64,000 bases of DNA from positions 62,001 through 126,000 of the forward strand of contig JALMLS010000510.1 of NCBI GenBank assembly GCA_038496445.1, given 5' to 3'. Of the stretch, positions 1-12,548 are shown piece by piece (positions within the stretch are counted from its first letter, which is position 1; each line of letters begins with the position of its first letter). A program made the translations under genes and the position numbers. The stretch comes from Trichosphaerium sp. ATCC 40318. Lineage: Eukaryota > Protista > Tubulinea. The notes under the pieces are model-generated. The model did not search any database, was not told where the DNA came from, and saw only the letters and a list, made by a program, of their open reading frames with translations.

Positions 1-139
1 GTGACGCTCAGATATTACTATTCCGACCTTAATATTACGAGAAAACGCAACTTCAACCGCTTTGGATTGTACTAACGCTGTACGGTAACCAAACGCAGGA
101 AAACGTGTAAGTAATAGTTGTAGTGGTAGAATAATCAAC

Positions 140-934
140 ATGAGTGCAAGTCCAGTAGAAAAGAGTGCAATATCGCTACTATCAATGCCAGTGGAGATAG
201 TTGTTTGTATTCTGAAGAAAGCTGACATAATTACAATGATGTCGGCGGCTTATACTTGCGATTTTTTATCACGTGTTGCACGTGGCCATTTAGTTTTTCC
301 TAATCGTCGTCCTCAAGTCTTATTGACAAGTTCTAAGCACATGAAGGAGATCTCGAATCTGATATCTTTGCCGTTTATTGACATTGTTTGCTATTTCGGA
401 ATGGTTGATGAAGACTTAAAGAGGCTGTCTGGTGCTACCTCTGTAAATCTTCGTTTCTGTAAGCGTATAAGTGATAGAGGTATATCATACCTTGCTGGTA
501 TTCATAAAATAGATCTGGCAGAGACTGATGTTTCTAATAAGGGTTTGAAAGCATTGGCAGGCGTTCACACTATAACTTTATCGAATTGTAAAAAAATTGG
601 TGATAAGGGTATAAAAGCACTTGCTGGAGTTCATACTATATATCTAGATCATACATCCATTACAGATAAGGGAATAAAGGCATTACAAGGAGTACAGAAG
701 ATTATATTAACTAACACGAAAGTTACAAACAAAGGAGTAAAATTTCTTGTTGGTGTGAAGTATATTGACGTTAGTTTCACTTCTGTAGATGGTAATGGTA
801 TTAAATACCTAGTAGGAGTACGTAAAGTTATTGCAAAAGGTACTACGATAAAAACAAAGGATATGTATCGCATCATTGGGTCATGTAAAGAACTTGTATT
901 ATCAAGTGGTGTTGTAACAAAAGACAACTTTTAA
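140..934 (+). CDS. F-box + leucine-rich repeat protein ('GVHTI' LRR family), intronless
   Basis: Single 264-aa ORF. N-terminal F-box (LLSMPVEIVVCILKK...AAYTCDFL) followed by about 7 repeats of GVHxIxLxxTxxTDKGIKAL. Confidence 0.85.
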   Translation: MSASPVEKSAISLLSMPVEIVVCILKKADIITMMSAAYTCDFLSRVARGHLVFPNRRPQVLLTSSKHMKEISNLISLPFIDIVCYFGMVDEDLKRLSGATSVNLRFCKRISDRGISYLAGIHKIDLAETDVSNKGLKALAGVHTITLSNCKKIGDKGIKALAGVHTIYLDHTSITDKGIKALQGVQKIILTNTKVTNKGVKFLVGVKYIDVSFTSVDGNGIKYLVGVRKVIAKGTTIKTKDMYRIIGSCKELVLSSGVVTKDNF

Positions 935-1328
935 TCAATAATAATGTAGTCCCCTTGATTCACTTACACGTGCTACAGTTCGTACCGTGTTTAAGTTGTT
1001 CGTTCAAACTACATTAAACGTGCACTAGAGAATAGCAACAATCTCTTACGACACTGTTCGCAGCATTGAGTGGAGCGGCTGCGAAAAAAAACGAATCACT
1101 ATTTTTACAACAGTGCCAAGATACATAGTAACAATCACATGTCTTATTTTCTAACCAAAAAAACTCCGCCTACCGATTTCATTATCCAATACATAGCACC
1201 ATTAGCATCCCTTCTACAACGGGTCTTTTTTAGACCATACACGCACAAAATCACAATCCATCTTAAAGATTTTTAACCATATCTTTATTATATCTCGCCT
1301 TTAACCACCAGAGCACACACAACTAAAA

Positions 1329-3200
1329 ATGAAGGTTATTTTACTCCTAGCAGCATTACTGCTGTTTTTTGTATCAGCACAAGAGATTCTAGATGATTTT
1401 ACAGACTTTGGACAGCTAACAGCAAGCGCAGATGGCCAAACAGTCGAAGAAACTGTCAGTGGACCTGGTATTCTTGGGGGATCGCGTCTAATGGAGGTTA
1501 CAAAAGTTTCTGGTGGTTCAACCTCTTTAGAAGTATCCTGTACTACTGTAGCTGGCTTTTTCGCTCTTAGTACAGATGTAACTGTTATTGGTGGTTGTCA
1601 ACTTACCTACGCTGGTCCTTCAGGGACAGGCTTCAGTCCACCTATTAATTTCTTACAATACGGTTGTGGTACGCATAAGAAGAAGTACTTCGCTCAAAAA
1701 GAGCGTCACAGAGTGTTTTTTTTTAGTCTCGAACGAAAAATCTTTTGAGATTTTTTTTTTTGTGCGCACGTGATTTTCGCACTTTGGGTTGTATTTTCTG
1801 ATCTTTTTTAGATTGCTGGAATATGCGTATTTTAGAGTCAGATAATAATGTTGGACTTGAAGTTGTAGCGAGAAGTGCTACAGCAGGTGATTTGATTAGT
1901 GCTTTTACTCTAGAAGTCGATATTGCTGAACCAACCGATGTATGTTTGCCTTTTGATACATCAATTGAGAATTATCAAAATATCGATCAAGTAGACTTTA
2001 CAGTTAATGGAAACGTTGCTAATGTTGATGTTAACCTTAACTACGTATGTTGTCAACCATCTCTATCTTGCTAGTACGTCAAACACAGTCAAAAAAAACT
2101 GAATGAAAAATGTCACAGAAAAAAACCAACAAACCGTTTTTTTTTTCAGCCTCCAAGATTCCTCCTTCCTCAGGAATTCTTTTTTGGTTGTCTATATCTC
2201 CGATGGTAGTACTTATTCATTGTTATAGTCACTCTATTGATCCACTCTTCGGCGCTGATCTAGACAACTTAGCACCTGGAAATACAATCAAATTGACACT
2301 CACTTGCCTAAACTACATCTCAATTCCAGCTGGTTTAGAAAGACTCCGAGCTTCATTCCCTTTTGATTCATCTATTGGTACAATGGACTCAGCCACAATA
2401 ATGTGCACTGGCGCTCGCGTAATCTCATACTCCGAAAAATCACGTGCTAAAGATTTATTAATAGGCAAACGGACAAACAGTCGCAAACAATGCCCTTGAA
2501 TTTAACAGCGAACTTGCTGATGGCGAACAAGTAACTTGCATGGTAAACGTTAACTTGTCTGGATCTGGAGACATAGATGATATTCAAGCTCGTATTCTCA
2601 CAGACAGAAGCGAACCAAACCATCCTATTCTATCTCACGCTATGGGAGACAGGTGCGTGACTTATACACTTTTTTTTTACCTAAAGTTTGTACTTGTAGG
2701 TCTGGAACACCTGATTTCTGCAATCCTCCTGTTTCTTCTTCCCTTATAGTGCAAAACCCTCCAACAACGTTACCTCCAACCACACTTCCTCCTACAACGT
2801 TGCCTCCTACAACACTTCCTCCAACGACACTCCCTCCAACAACGCTTCCTCCTACAACCTTGCCTCCAACTACTTTGCCTCCAACTACACTTCCTCCTAC
2901 AACACTCCCACCTACAACTTTACCTCCAACTGCTAGAGAGACAGTTTGTGTTTCCCCTCGCATCATTAATGGAGAGTGCGAGTACGTGATGACCAACACT
3001 TAAAACAAAAAAAACTGCCTGTACTACTTTTTGCTTACTTTTTTTTTTTTAGCTGTCAGACTTTCCCATGTTCTACGTATCCTGATGGTTCAATCCATTG
3101 TGAAACTAGTGAATGGTACTGCTGGTTCATAACAAGAGTACCTACTTCAGGTCGCTTCAGAGTATCTTACCGTGGACACATGTGCTACTGTGACATTTAA
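1329..3200 (+). CDS. Secreted protein with beta-rich domains, PPTTL mucin-like stalk and C-terminal Cys-rich domain (6 exons)
   Basis: Signal peptide MKVILLLAALLLFFVSA. GT-AG introns at about 1668-1811, 2074-2228, 2419-2464, 2653-2699 and 2982-3052 join the ORF fragments in frame; protein ends ...HMCYCDI*. Confidence 0.8.
2758..2931 (+). repeat. Coding 15-bp tandem repeat (PPTTL) x~11-12
   Basis: Directly visible cctccaacaacgtta-type units with synonymous variation. Confidence 0.95.
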
Positions 3201-3395
3201 ACAAAAAAGCAACACGTGAATCAAGACACATCTAAAACCCTTTCTCGTATCATTCAAAAAAAACCCACAACACTAATCGTTGCTTATGTTTGTTACTGAA
3301 ATAAAGTGGTATCCGTTGCACTAATCATTTGAGGCATTACATAGTGAGAAAAACGCAAAGCAGTGAGTGGAAAAAAATGTTGTAAGTTTTTTTTT

Positions 3396-5984
3396 TTATA
3401 GTTCTTCTTTCTTTGATGCTGTTTCGCTTTCAAGATTCTCTCTTAAGAACTGTACAATAGGCTCAAGTTGTAGTTCACCTTCATATTTGATAGGTGTAGT
3501 TTTATCTTCATTTGATAGAAGAACGATTGTAGGAAAGTAGATAACACCATGCTTGGTTTTGAGCTAATTCTAAAAGTCAAAAAAAAAAAAAAAAGAAAAA
3601 AAATCTCATGTTCTTTGGCGTACCTCTTCGTCTTGTGTGGCTGTTACGATCACATTTTTATTTACTCTGTTAATAACAAGAGCCAATTGCTTCATTAGAG
3701 GAGCAGCACGAACAGCTTCAGTTGTGTTCATGTCATAATGATAAACGAGAACATCCTTTGTATTTTCGATGACATTTTCTTCATAATTTTCCTTGAAAGA
3801 AAAAAATAAGTCACAACTGATTTCTCCATTCAATCATAAATAATTTTCTCTTCGTACCTCTGTTAGTACTTCAACAGCATCAACAAATGAGAAAAGATTC
3901 TTTTCTAGTGTTTTATCCTTATACCCTTGGATCCATGACTTAAGATTTGCTGAAGTTATTTTTTTTTGGTCACTTGGGAAAAAATACTCTTCACCACCCA
4001 TAGGATCAAGAAGTCTGTTAAAACACGTGTTAGTATCAAGTACGTGAATACTTAAAAATCGTTTAGAATACTACATACCCGAATACAGGCATCTGAGATG
4101 AAACAATACCAACACTAAAGATGAACTCATCGTAATGTGCTGAATCAACAAGAACGCAGTTGATTCCTTCAATTTTTTGCTTTGCTATAGCCTTGAAGGC
4201 AGAAAAAGCTTTCTGATGAGCAGATACTTGTTTAGAGTCTGTAAACAAGAGAAGGGAAGCAACATTTCTTTCCCAGAAACCGAAAGTGTTGAACTTTGTT
4301 AAAAGAACCCATAAAGATCTTTTACTTGAAACAAACCATGAAGACAGATCGTCGAATGTAAGTTCACCACCATCTTCCTCATAAATGGTTGTCTTCTCAT
4401 TTGGTTTTATTAAAGCGATTTGACCGTTTCTTTTCAATTTAAATCTAAAAGACAAGTATATAAGTGATAAAGAAGGATCACTTTTTTGGATATTTTTTTT
4501 TCATCAACTTTTTTCAAAAAAAAATTTCAAAGAGACACCAAAGCAAGGGTTGACAGAGTCAAGGAGGTACAAAATTTTTGTGTCAATATAAAGTTAAATG
4601 TATTGGTAATAGGGTTTTTATGTATATTTGGTTTGCTGGTGATGTGTACTTGTAAGAAGAGATCGAAAAAGAAAAAAAAATAGTGCGCACGATTTAGCAA
4701 CTTTTGCATCAGTTGTTGCACCGAATACTTGGTCAAGTTGATGCGCTCTGGCAAGTTTTTTGTATGTATCATACGCTAAAAACATATAAATACGTAGAAT
4801 AGGGATTGATAAAAAGAGGTAGTACCTGGATTGTCTTCAAAAGATGAAAAGTAGCCCACAACCTTAACAGCAATTGGTGCTTTAAGGAACGCTTGCTTTG
4901 ATGCTTTAGAACCAATGCTAACAACAGCTGGTTGAGTAGCAAGTGATGTAACATAATCCAAAAGAACTTGAGGCATACGTTGCCCACGGAAGGATCTAGC
5001 ATTACCATCTCGGATGCTACAAAACGAAAAATCAAAAAAAGTCGAAAAAAAAAATAAAATCGAAAAAAAAAAAAGGTTCTCTTGAGCATCTCCTACTACT
5101 TTATACGTACGCAACGATTCCTGGCATATCAGAGTAGTATATAACCTCCTATTAGAAGATATTAATAATGTCAAAAACCAGGAAAAACGTGACAATCAAA
5201 TCATTTCAGAAAAACTTTTTTCGGGTACAAGTTGATGTTCTAAAGGCGAAACAGGAATTGTTTGCCAGAAACAGACGCGATTTTGAAAGAAATAAAAAAC
5301 AAAACTGAAGGAATGGCCTCAGAATCTCTTTTAAAGTCCAAATACGTACAATAGCGTTAGAAAAGACCATGTAGAAAACCTCAGCAGACATCTTGACGTA
5401 TGCTACGTTTAGTTTGGCTTGGTCTGTACGTTGTTTGACCTAAACCGTTGAATACGCGTTAGCAAACACGTCATAATATGAAATTGATACGAAGAAGCTG
5501 TTTGGTGAAGGATTGTTGAGAAAAGTTTTCCTTCAGTCAAGAAAAAAGCCACGTCACGCCCTGTGTTTGTAGTAGAAAAAGAGTGTTTGTGGCGTTGTAC
5601 TGAACAACAAAAAACACGTTCATTTTTCTGATGCTCGCTGCGCTATGAAAGTAATATGATACACTGCAGAGCGATTTTGATGGGTTTGGGAAGTGTCTGG
5701 ATTCGTACTTGGTTTAACATCATTACTAAGCGCTCAGAACTTGGTATATGCTTTGGTTCTTCTCCTTTAACGCTAGAATATGTTAGTATGTTTACCTTGA
5801 ATCAAACAGCGACAAGCCGCTACTCAACGTTAAAACTTGCTGTAACGTACACAAGGGCTACGATAAGATCTTTCTTCTTTGCCAGCTTTTCATACTCGCC
5901 AATAGTGACAAAGTTAATACCTCCAGCGGCAGCGCTTAGTGCTACAAAAAGGCCCAACGCAGCGAGAACTACTAGTGTACGCAT
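3396..5984 (-). CDS. ER-resident protein disulfide isomerase-like (thioredoxin-fold) protein, probably redox-inactive
   Basis: Signal peptide MRTLVVLAALGLFVALSAA. Thioredoxin-like segments (ENYEENVIENTKDVLVYHY...; YFPTIVLL; PIKYEGELQLEPIVQFL) and a C-terminal KEEL* retention signal. No CxxC seen. Multi-exon. Confidence 0.75.
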
Positions 5985-6249
5985 CGTAAGGGTAACACAA
6001 CAAAGAAACGTTAAGTGAGCTATCCTTACGCAACAGCTTTCTACTTGGTCATATGAGTACACCAGAGCCGGATAATGACTATTACGGTACTGTTATGCTG
6101 TTAACGTCATCTTATTTTTAGTACAGACTATAACGACGCAGATAGTCAATTAGACTCTTACGAAGATCAAATAAGCACCGCTGTTAGTATTCATCAAATG
6201 TTGTAATCAACTTTAACTGCAAAAGTAGGCAAACGCATACTCTAGCTTC

Positions 6250-9200
6250 ATGGAAGACTATAAAGATTATTCGAACGAAAAAGACACTTATTTATCAACT
6301 TATGGTGACAATGACACGTATTCCTCAGGATACTCAGATTGCGGCAGTGAGAGCGACTCGGAGCTTAAAAAGGACGGAAAGAAGAAAAGGTGACAGGCCA
6401 ACGCTCACCAAAATATTCTAAAATATGTTTGTAAGGAACAGCAACGCTCAGTATACATCAAACGTGTGGAATACAGAGTTTCAATCAGCAATTGCTGATA
6501 TTACTCGACTACCCGAGTTAGCGGCTACTATTACGTACAGCGAACGAGAGAAGATATGGCATCGCCTTGCAAGCTTATCCGAGGTAAACAACGTTCAGAA
6601 AAGAAGAAAAAACGTGTAAACGAAAAAAGATTTTGTTGTGACTTGCTTTTCTTCTCATTACTCACTTACCTGCTTCTCTTCAGGACTTCATCTATGCTGC
6701 ATCTCAGTACGGAAAGATAATAATCAGCGAGGTTGCTTTACCACCTGAACATAAGGTTAGTCAGTTATGAAATTGGTGAAACGTCAATTGACTTTTTTTT
6801 TTTTTCTTCAAGTTTTTATCAAGATTTCCATAAGAAACGCTTGATACCTTTTTTATTTATCATTTATTTAGACTATAAAACCTGCTAAACTTTCAGGCAT
6901 CGCTGGTGGTGAGAAGTATATCGGTACGCTTAAAGTCAGCCTGTTATTGTTATATTTTTTCTAATACATTTTGACTTGTTTTCCGTTTTACTCACGTTAG
7001 TCAACTAGTTATTTCGCCAGTTATTTTTCGCTCCTCAAGCACTTCATTTGTATCTTTGTATGCATTGGAGCACTTACAACGAAAAAAATAACTGGCAAAC
7101 CAACGGTTGCTAACGTGAGTGAAATGGATAATTTTTATTTTTTACTTACATTCGCATGGTATAGTTAATGGTATTCTCTTCAAATTCGCTGTGGATGTTA
7201 TAAATCTATTTGGTGGCAACGAATTAGGAGCATCAAAGGTAGGAACCCCTTGTTATTTATGAAAATGTATTCAAGTCTTTTTTTTCTTTCCAAACTGTTA
7301 ACGTGATTTTTTTTTGACTTCCTCATTTCCAGGTCGCTTCTCATGATTTACTTTGCCTCAATAATTACTTCCACTGTGCAGTTGAAGGATTACATTACCC
7401 AATGAGTTGTATAGTAGATTATAGAGGTAACATCTTGGCCGCTTTACTTTTCTTCTCAACAGTTGTTTGAAAGCTTTGTTTATACGTTGACTTTAGGCTT
7501 TCGTTTGACAGCAATGAGCCTCCTACCTATCCATAAAGATAGTCAGGTACTTTTCTAATCTATTAGAAGTTATTTACGTTGTCACTTAGGTGTACGGAAG
7601 CTTTAATGCTGCTCAAACAGTTGAAAGCTCAAACAAAGAACTTAATAAAAAAATGAAGGAGTGTGGCGATATATTGAACCTTAAGACGCATATAATTGTA
7701 GAAAAGTCTAAAACCAATATAAACCCAGTTACTGTAGACAGTGCAGTTGATGTAGAAGGTCATCTAGGATTGGTACAACACAACCTCATCGAACTTTGTT
7801 TTTTGTTTAGTATTTTGTGCTCACTTTTTTTTTAATAGGATGGCAAGTTCTACCTACTGGGTAAGTTTTGAGACTTAGTTATACTGATTTACGAATATTA
7901 ATCGCATTCAAAATAGATTTTAGTAGAGCATTCCCACCTCAGGACACCAAGACTCATCCGTACGAAAAAACTTCGTTTTTTTTTATATTCTTCAGCTAAC
8001 CATTCCTAGAATAAAACTTGGTCATCTGTTCCGTATGCTTAGACCAGAACTAGTTCAAGCAAATGACGTGGTAAGTGTATATTCACGAATAGAGCTTATT
8101 ACGGAGTACATTCCTTGCTAAGTATGATAGCCCCTTAACTCAGATGCTCAATCTCGGTTCTTGTTCATAAAACAACGAGATGTGGACTTAACACCTCAAG
8201 ACTTGGCTTTGAAGAAGAAGATTCTCGCACAAAATGAACAAGATAACAAAGATATAAAAGAAGTAACACAGTAAGGATATATTTGATGTTAATTGCCTAT
8301 TTCTGACGGGTTTTCTTACTGAAGAAAATTGTTGACAAAGAATGTACCTATTCTTGCTTCAAAACTGCTCGAAATCACAAAAGACCTGCCAGAAAAAGAA
8401 CTCAAGATTGTCTTTTTTGATTGTCTTGCATTTATTGTACATTATTATGGAGTAAATATTAGATTTCTTGGATGTGTAAGACGTGCTATGCCTGCAAAAG
8501 AAGAGGTACGACAGACTAGTTTTGAATTTTCGAAGTGGGTCATTTTTTGCTCTTTTGTGCGCTTCCTCATGCCTATTAAGCAATGGCGTATGATGCTACT
8601 TCTTGAGATGATATCTAGAGTGATTAAGAACCAATTGAATCAACTCTTAAGGCACGTGTAACAAAGAGGAGTTTTTGAGAGGAAAAAAGAATCCAAGAAT
8701 CTTCTGATTTTTTTGTAAGGTTGGAGATGCGTCGATTGGCATACACAGGTCAAGGTCCTTATGTCAGTCTTGTAGTTTATTATCTAAATCTTGTATTCGG
8801 AGCTTCTGAACGATCTACAGGTAAGTAATCCATCCACATTCTTTGGCGCTCAACAACTGTCCGAAAAAAAGTTTTAATGTTTTTTTAGAGTATTGGAAGA
8901 CAAAGTTAACACCTTACCTTAAATTCCATTTTATGGATGCTATTGATGATAGTGAGTCTGATAATCTCAAAGTGAAATTAGTTTCGTTTAAGGTATGTTT
9001 AATTAGTGCTTGAAGGAGCGAAAGCAATCCGAGCTGTTGTACTATTTTTTTTTCCTCGCATTTGTTTTTCTCTGCTATAAATACACTAACAGATTTCTTT
9101 AAGATGTGGAATACAAATGCATTATGTGTATTGTATAAAAAATTTGTTAAAATCCATCCTATGAAGTTTAATGGGACGACAGCACGTCAGTTTAGGTACA

Positions 9201-10634
9201 GCTTATTTCCATTTTTTTTTCTTTTTTTCTCACCTGTGATAGTACTACCCCTTCTCTATTTCAAGTGTCAATGCCATTTGATCCAATGGATTTGGTTTCA
9301 ATTGATGAAAAAGTTAAAAAAATGCAGATAATTGCACACTCTCAAGGTACACGTGACAATTGGTTTTTTTCATCTGAATTGGAGGGTTTTTTTTTGTTTT
9401 CTTTTTTTTTGATCCGAAAATAGATTCATCACGTGATTTAGTTAATGTTTTTTGTTCATGTTGTTGCTGTGGAGGTTTTTAACTATTAAATAGGTGTTAT
9501 TAGAAGGATGAGAGCTAGTGCTATAACAAAAAACAGAGGTAAAAAATATGCCATGAGTATTTACAACAAGTCTTTGGAAATGGTAAGTTTTGGTTTTTTA
9601 GCCTTCAACTTTCTTGTGACTTCAATAATTACTTTACAAATCTACAACGAATTGAAAAGGTCACAGAATAGTCATTTTTTTTGCGTTAAATATGCACCAC
9701 AGTTGGTTTCTTACACATCAAAACAGCTCGAAGAACTTGAACTCTTTTTGAAAAAAAAAAACCTGCTTATCTCCCTTTATCTTACCCTTGTTTTCGGTCA
9801 GTTTGTTGAAAGTTTGAGAGGTATTCCTAGAGACCAACGTACATTACGTAATGCAGGTACACAACCACTTTTACAAGGCTGATAAAGCCAATCATTATCA
9901 TTTTGTTCTTACTTTGTTTCAGCTGATGTTTGTCATCACTTGGACTACATATCGCTTGCAACAATGTTGTACAAACTTGCCATTGATGTAGAACCAAGTA
10001 CGTTTATTCTACACAACATTATATTCATTACAAATACCATAAGCAAAGCTCAAAATCTTCACGCTTTAAATTGTTCTTTGTAATGTTAATTTTTTTTCAA
10101 AGCGGACTGTGTGACGTTGTACAAATACGCCTATTTTCTTCATATGGTTACAGGTGATAAAGAACAAGCAGAGATATTCTATAAGAAATCAATAGAGAAT
10201 GGACCTACAATAGGTGCACTTCTTAATTATGCATCTTTCTGCATCTCAAACAAAGTACGAACCCAAACCAACAAAAAAAAAAATTAAGTTGCGTGCCCTT
10301 CGCTTAACTCGCCTTGTTTTAGCGGTTGGATGATGCAGAACAGTTGTTCAAGATTACTATTACAGGGTTCTCTCAGAGTGAAGAAGCGTTGCACCATTAT
10401 GCACGTTTTCTTGAGTTAACAGGAGACTATAAACAAGCTGATGTTTATTATGCTTCTTCTGTTAAAGGAAAACATGCTCAGAATATGGCATACCTTGAAC
10501 GTTATGCTACATTCCTACAAGAACGTATAAATGACCAAGTACGCGCTGATGAGTACTGGGCTAGATATCATACACAGAAACAAAAGAAACATGCAAGTTT
10601 TTCTTCTAGTTTCCGCCTAGATGCAACTCATTAG
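6250..10634 (+). CDS. Clu (clustered mitochondria) domain protein with C-terminal TPR/HAT repeats
   Basis: Spliced motifs GIAGGEKYIVNGILFKFAVD, IVDYRGFRLTAMSLLPI, DVEGHLGLDGKFYLLDFSRAFPP, HLFRMLRPELV, HYYGVNIRFLGCVR; C-terminal LxxYAxFL helical repeats. More than 20 exons. Confidence 0.85.
6980..7130 (+). other. Long intronic hairpin (pre-miRNA-like or MITE remnant) in Clu gene intron 6924-7164
   Basis: Arms tttccgttttactcacgttagtcaac / gttgctaacgtgagtgaaatggata and gccagttatttttcg / cgaaaaaaataactggc. Confidence 0.75.
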
Positions 10635-10965
10635 AATACAACAACAAAAAAAATAAACAAAAAAAAAACTATTCAAAAACATTTGACTTGTTTCAGTATC
10701 ACTACACAAAGCGGCAAGTATGGGAAGTTCAAAAACATAAGAATCAACCATTGCTTAACATACTCCACGCATCTTCAATTGCTGTCACAGAAGATATGTC
10801 TTGGCTAATTCAAAGACAAGCTATGCCTACCGTACAACAAATGAAAAATTCACAGTTAATTAATTTGACTAAAATAGTTGCGTTTTGTATCAAGTCGTAC
10901 TGACACAGTAAGAAAGTGCGAGTGTACGAGTATAAGCTAAGTCTGCACGTGATCTAAAAACAACT

Positions 10966-12254
10966 TGACTTAAACACAGGCTTTGAATCACGCCATTGTT
11001 TTAAAGAAAATCACGTGCCAGTAAAGGATCACGTGCAAATATAATAACTAGGTACCTTTTACGAGACGATATTATGCTTTCATCCTCAAAACGTGTTAAA
11101 ATCAATGACATTGCCAGTATGAGTTTACTACAACTGCCTACAGAGATATTAGCACATGTACTACGCCAAACAACCAAATCGCGATTTACAGCTTGCCAAA
11201 CATGCCATTTGTTTGCATCTATCGTCCATGATGTTATCGGATATGAAACTATCAGGATTACAACAGTAATTCAAGCGGAATCAGTTCTAAAACATCAGGG
11301 CATTCTCAGACACACTAGAATCGTGCTTGATGGTGGTTGCTTTGATGATAACATCATTAAAAAGTTTGCAAGAGCTCATACACTTGATCTTACGTTCTCT
11401 GATGTGACTGATGAAGGACTGAAAGCAATTGCAGGTGTTCATACCATTCTCCTTAGTCATACTTCAGTATCAGATGAAGGTGTAAAAGCACTTGCTGGTG
11501 TTCATGAAATTAGTCTTGGTAACACTTTAGTAACAGATGAAGGGATTAAAGCGCTTTCTGGAGTTCATACTATTGACCTTTATAACACTTCAGTAACAAA
11601 CGAAGGAATAAAGCTGCTCAACGGTGTTCACACTGTAAATCTTGTCGGGACAACAGTAACAAATGAGGGTATTAAAGCACTTGCTGGAGTACACACTATA
11701 AATCTTGGAGGCACTTTTGTTACAGATGAAGGTTTAATAGCACTTGCTGGTGTTCATACGATAAACCTTGGTGCCACTTTTGTTACAGATGAAGGCATTA
11801 AATGGCTTGCAGGTGTTCATACGATAAATCTTCTGGGCACTTTAGTCACAGATGAAGGCATTAAATGGCTTGCAGGTGTTCATGCAATAACTCTTGAGGG
11901 CACTTCAATTACAGATGAAGGTTTAATAGCACTGGTGTTCATACGATAAACCTTGGAGGCACTTTTGTTACAGATGAAGGCATTAAAGCTCTGAAGGGTG
12001 TTCATGCGATAAATCTTCAAAGAACTTCAGTTACAGATAAAGGCATCCAAGCTCTTGCTGGTGTTCATACGATAAATCTTGAGGGTACTTCAGTAACAGA
12101 TGAAGGCATTAAATGGCTTGCAGGTGCTCATACGATAAACCTTGGAGGCACTTCTGTTACAGATGAAGGCATTAAAGCACTTAAAGGGGCAGATTACATT
12201 GATGTCAGGAATACTCATGTAACAAAAGAAGGAGCTGAAGCACTAATTGGAACC
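10966..12254 (+). repeat. Direct segmental duplication, copy 1 (~110 bp upstream + F-box-LRR); partner 15786-16894
   Basis: Shared upstream sequence (ctttgaatcacgccattgttttaaagaaaatcacgtgccagtaaaggatc), near-identical N-terminus and C-cap; similarity ends at gcactaattggaacc. Confidence 0.9.
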
Positions 12255-12302
12255 TGTGGCTCTATAAATTTAACAACTGGTGAGAGAAATAGCACAGCCT
12301 AG
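11074..12302 (+). pseudogene. F-box + LRR gene (GVHTI family) with a 4-nt deletion frameshift at ~11933
   Basis: F-box LLQLPTEILAHVLRQ and 21-aa repeats. At ~11933 gcactggtg replaces the usual gcacttgctggtg. Repeats and the C-cap continue in another frame to TAG at 12300-12302. Confidence 0.8.
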
Positions 12303-12548
12303 CACATATTTTCGCATCTTGTCACTTCTGTACACTCAGTAAATCTTCAGCTCATGTTTACATCAAACCTAGTGTTCATTTATTTCAATACGTTCATTGT
12401 AAAAATGTGTCATATGCTATTCGGCATCACATACTGCTTGTAGTCAAGATGTAAGAATAAACAGTAAGACACAAACCAAAATCACAAGTACTAAAGAAAA
12501 ATTCTTGGGTAGTAAATTATCTTTATATGAGTGTGACAGTGTCTTTTA

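Noticed and set aside
1070-1276. Many short ORFs in the supplied track (e.g. 1070, 10688, 18308, 47506, 49526)
   Set aside because: Intergenic, antisense or intron-readthrough frames with no motif support.
11370-12240. 63-nt periodic array resembling a CRISPR or DGR repeat
   Set aside because: Units are in-frame LRR codons, variation is not adenine-specific, and there is no cas gene or reverse transcriptase.
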